The notes under the pieces: generated by a model
Told to the model about the DNA's origin: nothing
The model's database searches: none
The model's input: only the letters and a program-made list of their open reading frames with translations
Assembly (NCBI GenBank): GCA_964106915.2
Contig: OZ066919.1
DNA from: Podarcis gaigeae
Lineage: Eukaryota
Strand: one strand, 5' to 3'
DNA: 64,000 bases
Part shown: piece after piece, positions 60,713 through 64,000 of the stretch
Layout of the letters: each line of letters opens with the position of its first letter
Numbering within the stretch: position 1 is the stretch's first letter
Position numbers and translations under genes: made by a program

Positions 60713-63700
60713 GGGCATCCTGGAGATCTGAACAGGAACACTGCAGACTGCTATGTTTTGTTGCAATTCCTTCTTGCAAATAACACAAAAGAAGCTTTCC
60801 CACTCTCTCCTGCCTCTTCAAATGCTAAACTGGCCTAATAAAATTTATCTGAAAGCAAAATCTGACTCTTTGCTATCACTGTGTGATCCAGTAGAGGGTG
60901 CAATTACACAACATGCCAGTAAAATAGATAAGACAGCAAGCACCTGCAGTGCTCTAGCTACCAGTGTTTTGCTTTTGTTTTGGAGCCTCACTGGTAAATA
61001 GGAAGGATGACCTCTCCAATGGGCATCTGTTCTCTTCACACATTACATGTTTCATATATTGATAGTATTTCAGTTTATAAAACAGGGTGAAATTCAAACC
61101 TGTATTTTTAACAGGGAACTTTGGTGTGTTTCATTTTGTACCTGATTATCTTGCTAAAGTTTATTTAGTCAGTACATTGTGGTCTTAAATGTTACCTGTC
61201 TTAAGCCTCTGTGATTTAGTCTAAAATAAATATTGATCCTCAGGTATTGTCTTTTGATTGCAACCTTTAATAGGTTTAGTGGACACAGTAACCTTTAGTA
61301 GGTTGTCTACGCCATTGTGCTTATCCTGCTCTTAGTAGACAATATAATCGCCCACTCTGCACCTTTTGTGGTGGCCCATGGCTCCTTCAATCCTTGGCAT
61401 GTCCCATTAAAGATTCTCCAATAAGCAAGCTGTTGAGAGAACTCTTCCTGAGATGCTGAAGATAAAGTAGTATTGGGCTAGATAGATGGACTATTGGTAT
61501 GATTTGTAATAATGCAGCTCTGAATGGAATTTGTCCTGTCTTTGACAGTCATGTGATTGCTACAGTGAACACATTGTTGCAGTTCAGCCCACATTTACCC
61601 TGCTAGTATGTAACCCATTTTTAAAGTAGCTTCACTGTGGAATTATCAAATCAGCATTACTGCTGCGAGTGCTGTGTTTAACCATGACTATTCATGCAAA
61701 TTGACTTACAAGCCAGGAAAAAAGGGATGATGGTGAGAAAAGAAAGTTAAAGCTGCATTGTAAAGGGAAGCCATTGGAACTGTCGTGCCAAGTCTTGCTA
61801 ACCCTTGTAATCCGTAATCTGTGAAACTGTAATCTTCAGAGAAAAACCACAAGCCCTGTAATGTGCTGTGTTGTCTGATCACAGTTTCTGGTAATAAGAG
61901 GCATACAGACATAGTTGAATATGTGGCTGCTATGTTCATATATAATGACATGTTCTGCTTTTTTATGAGATAAGGAAGAAAAGTAAGATGAAATATGAAA
62001 TATGAAATCATGTCACTTCACTCCTAATCCATCACTTGTGGCAGTCTCTTCACTGGAAGAAAAGAGATGATATCCCTTCTATGTACACTTATCATTGCTT
62101 GTTCAAACAGCCTACTGACAGATCCCTGACAGCATAATCCTTTGCATATCTATTCAGAAGTAAGCCCCACTGAGGTAATTGGGGCTTGCTTCCAGGTAAA
62201 TATTATGTAGGATTGCAGCCTGAATTCTCCACACTGTTCAGCCATTATGGATTGAATTCAGCCTCTTTTGTCTGAATCATGCCTAGTTTAAGGAACACCT
62301 GACAGGTTTTTCTTTCCCCTGCTTTGCAGAGGTGGATACTATGTCCCCCTACTGCTGTCTCCAAGCAGAACAAGAAGGTGCATGTACTATAGATACTTGA
62401 GTTTGAAGTGGGAAAGTGAAACACTATTGTCTTTCGCCTTCTTACATCAATTACTCTTGAATATGTTTCTACTAATGGTCCATTTTTGTGTTCAGGTTCC
62501 ATACACTCTGCAAATTATTCATTTAGCCACAGGGGTCTGCAGTCTTACATTACATGTATTGTACTATGAGGGGATTTTACAATAATTTTTCTCCCCCCCC
62601 CCCGGTTTCTCACAGTCCCCTAACTTCTTCAAACACCATTGTTTGAATACCTGGGGTTTCAATGATGATTTTCATATTCTGCTATTAACCTTAGCAATCT
62701 AGAATAACTTATTGTTTAGGGATATGCTGCAAAATAAACCATAACAGTCTTTTTGAGCCAAAGGGTGAATGGAAGGGTACATGGGACTGAAACTGGCTCT
62801 GTAGCTTCTGCTACAGGATGTGTACTTGTATTTCAGAGGCAGATAATTGTGTTGGATTCTCCCTCACCCCCAAATATCCTGGAACACTGGAGTGCTCAAA
62901 TGATAGGGCTGGAAAGTGCTGCACCCACTGGGGATCCCAGCTGTCACTTTCACTTTGATCTCCTTCTCTCCAGACTGAAATGAGGCTCTTAGGCTCAGCC
63001 AGTGTGATGAGAGATGGCTTGGTAGCCTGTATGTGAGCCTGGTGTGGCATGTGATAAGCTTGGCATATAAACATTTAAAATATTACTTGAGTATGATTTT
63101 AAATTTCAAAAGTGTGTGTGTGTGCACTGTCACACACACATGTACTTTAATAAGAGACCCTGCATTTCAAGCTTGCTTCTAAAGAACTGAAACTTAATAC
63201 CCTTTCAATTGACCTGGTGGGCTTGCATTAAACTTTAAGTAGAAAATTATGAGCTGCTTATTACTTGCTAATGAACGGAATGCTTCTTTAATATTCAGGG
63301 TCAAGTTCTTCAAAGTTTGGATTGTCACATCCTGCACTCTTAAGTGCTTGTTTAGCTATATATATTGGCCTCTGTCCAACAAGAAGGGACATGGAAATGG
63401 GTGTTGCACATGTGTTTCCCAGCAATGAAGAGATTCTGGAGCAAGATCTTGAATACCACTGATCATCTATTTAGAGGAAATGGAGGCTTCCTTCCTTGAC
63501 TGATGATTGGCAGCACTCTAACTCCAACTTAGTGATTGCTATTTAAAGTCTGTTGTGGCATTTGTTTTAAGCTTCTTGTGACTACTTTAAATTATTTTGT
63601 TATAGAGTAAAAAGCATTGTAAAAAAATAATAATGAACTGCTGGAATGTTCTTTTCACTCTTGGGAATCAGGGCACTACTGAATAGCTTGCTTTCCTGAT

Positions 63701-64000
63701 TTTACTGACAGAAGGTCACTGGTTTTCTTTCTTTAAATTCAAGGTGTTTTATTTACCAAGGGATGGACCTGTGTTGACCAGAACTGTACCCTGTTCCCCA
63801 CCCAGTTTGGATTTCCCTGGTGCTGACTATGGACCCACATTGCTGTCTGAATCTCAGTTATCCAAAACTACATTCACTGTTCATCCTTGTATGGACTTCC
63901 TGTTTTTCCAGACTTACAATTAGTTGAATATTTTGGCTGTGAGACAATGATAGCATACTGTGTTTCTCATTGTGTGTTGTGTTATACTGTCAGTATCTGA

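Noticed and set aside
60043-64000. Search for the next PPFIA4 exon
   Set aside because: Candidate acceptors near 62495, 63298 and 63743 gave no liprin-like translation; the exon is probably beyond the window.

Overview
Vertebrate genomic DNA, most likely a squamate and probably a lacertid lizard, inferred from Sauria SINEs, squamate-type Penelope, Tigger and hAT elements. The window holds the 5' part of a liprin-alpha gene, best matching PPFIA4, on the + strand. Twelve coding exons run from ATG 28656 to 60042 (518 codons plus 2 nt), and the gene continues past the window. Bases 1-28016 look like a long upstream intron. Most notable observations: (1) a candidate internal alternative first exon ending at 37188 that splices in frame to coding exon 2; (2) two consecutive exons whose first bases rebuild strong 5' splice sites, suggesting recursive splicing; (3) Penelope-derived minimal hammerhead ribozyme motifs in the introns; (4) a Sauria SINE with a perfect 91-bp target-site duplication; (5) a Sola2-like transposon relic; (6) two solo LTRs and a fossil Tigger element carrying nested insertions. 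Family and orthologue assignments rest on motif recognition from memory, not on database searches.
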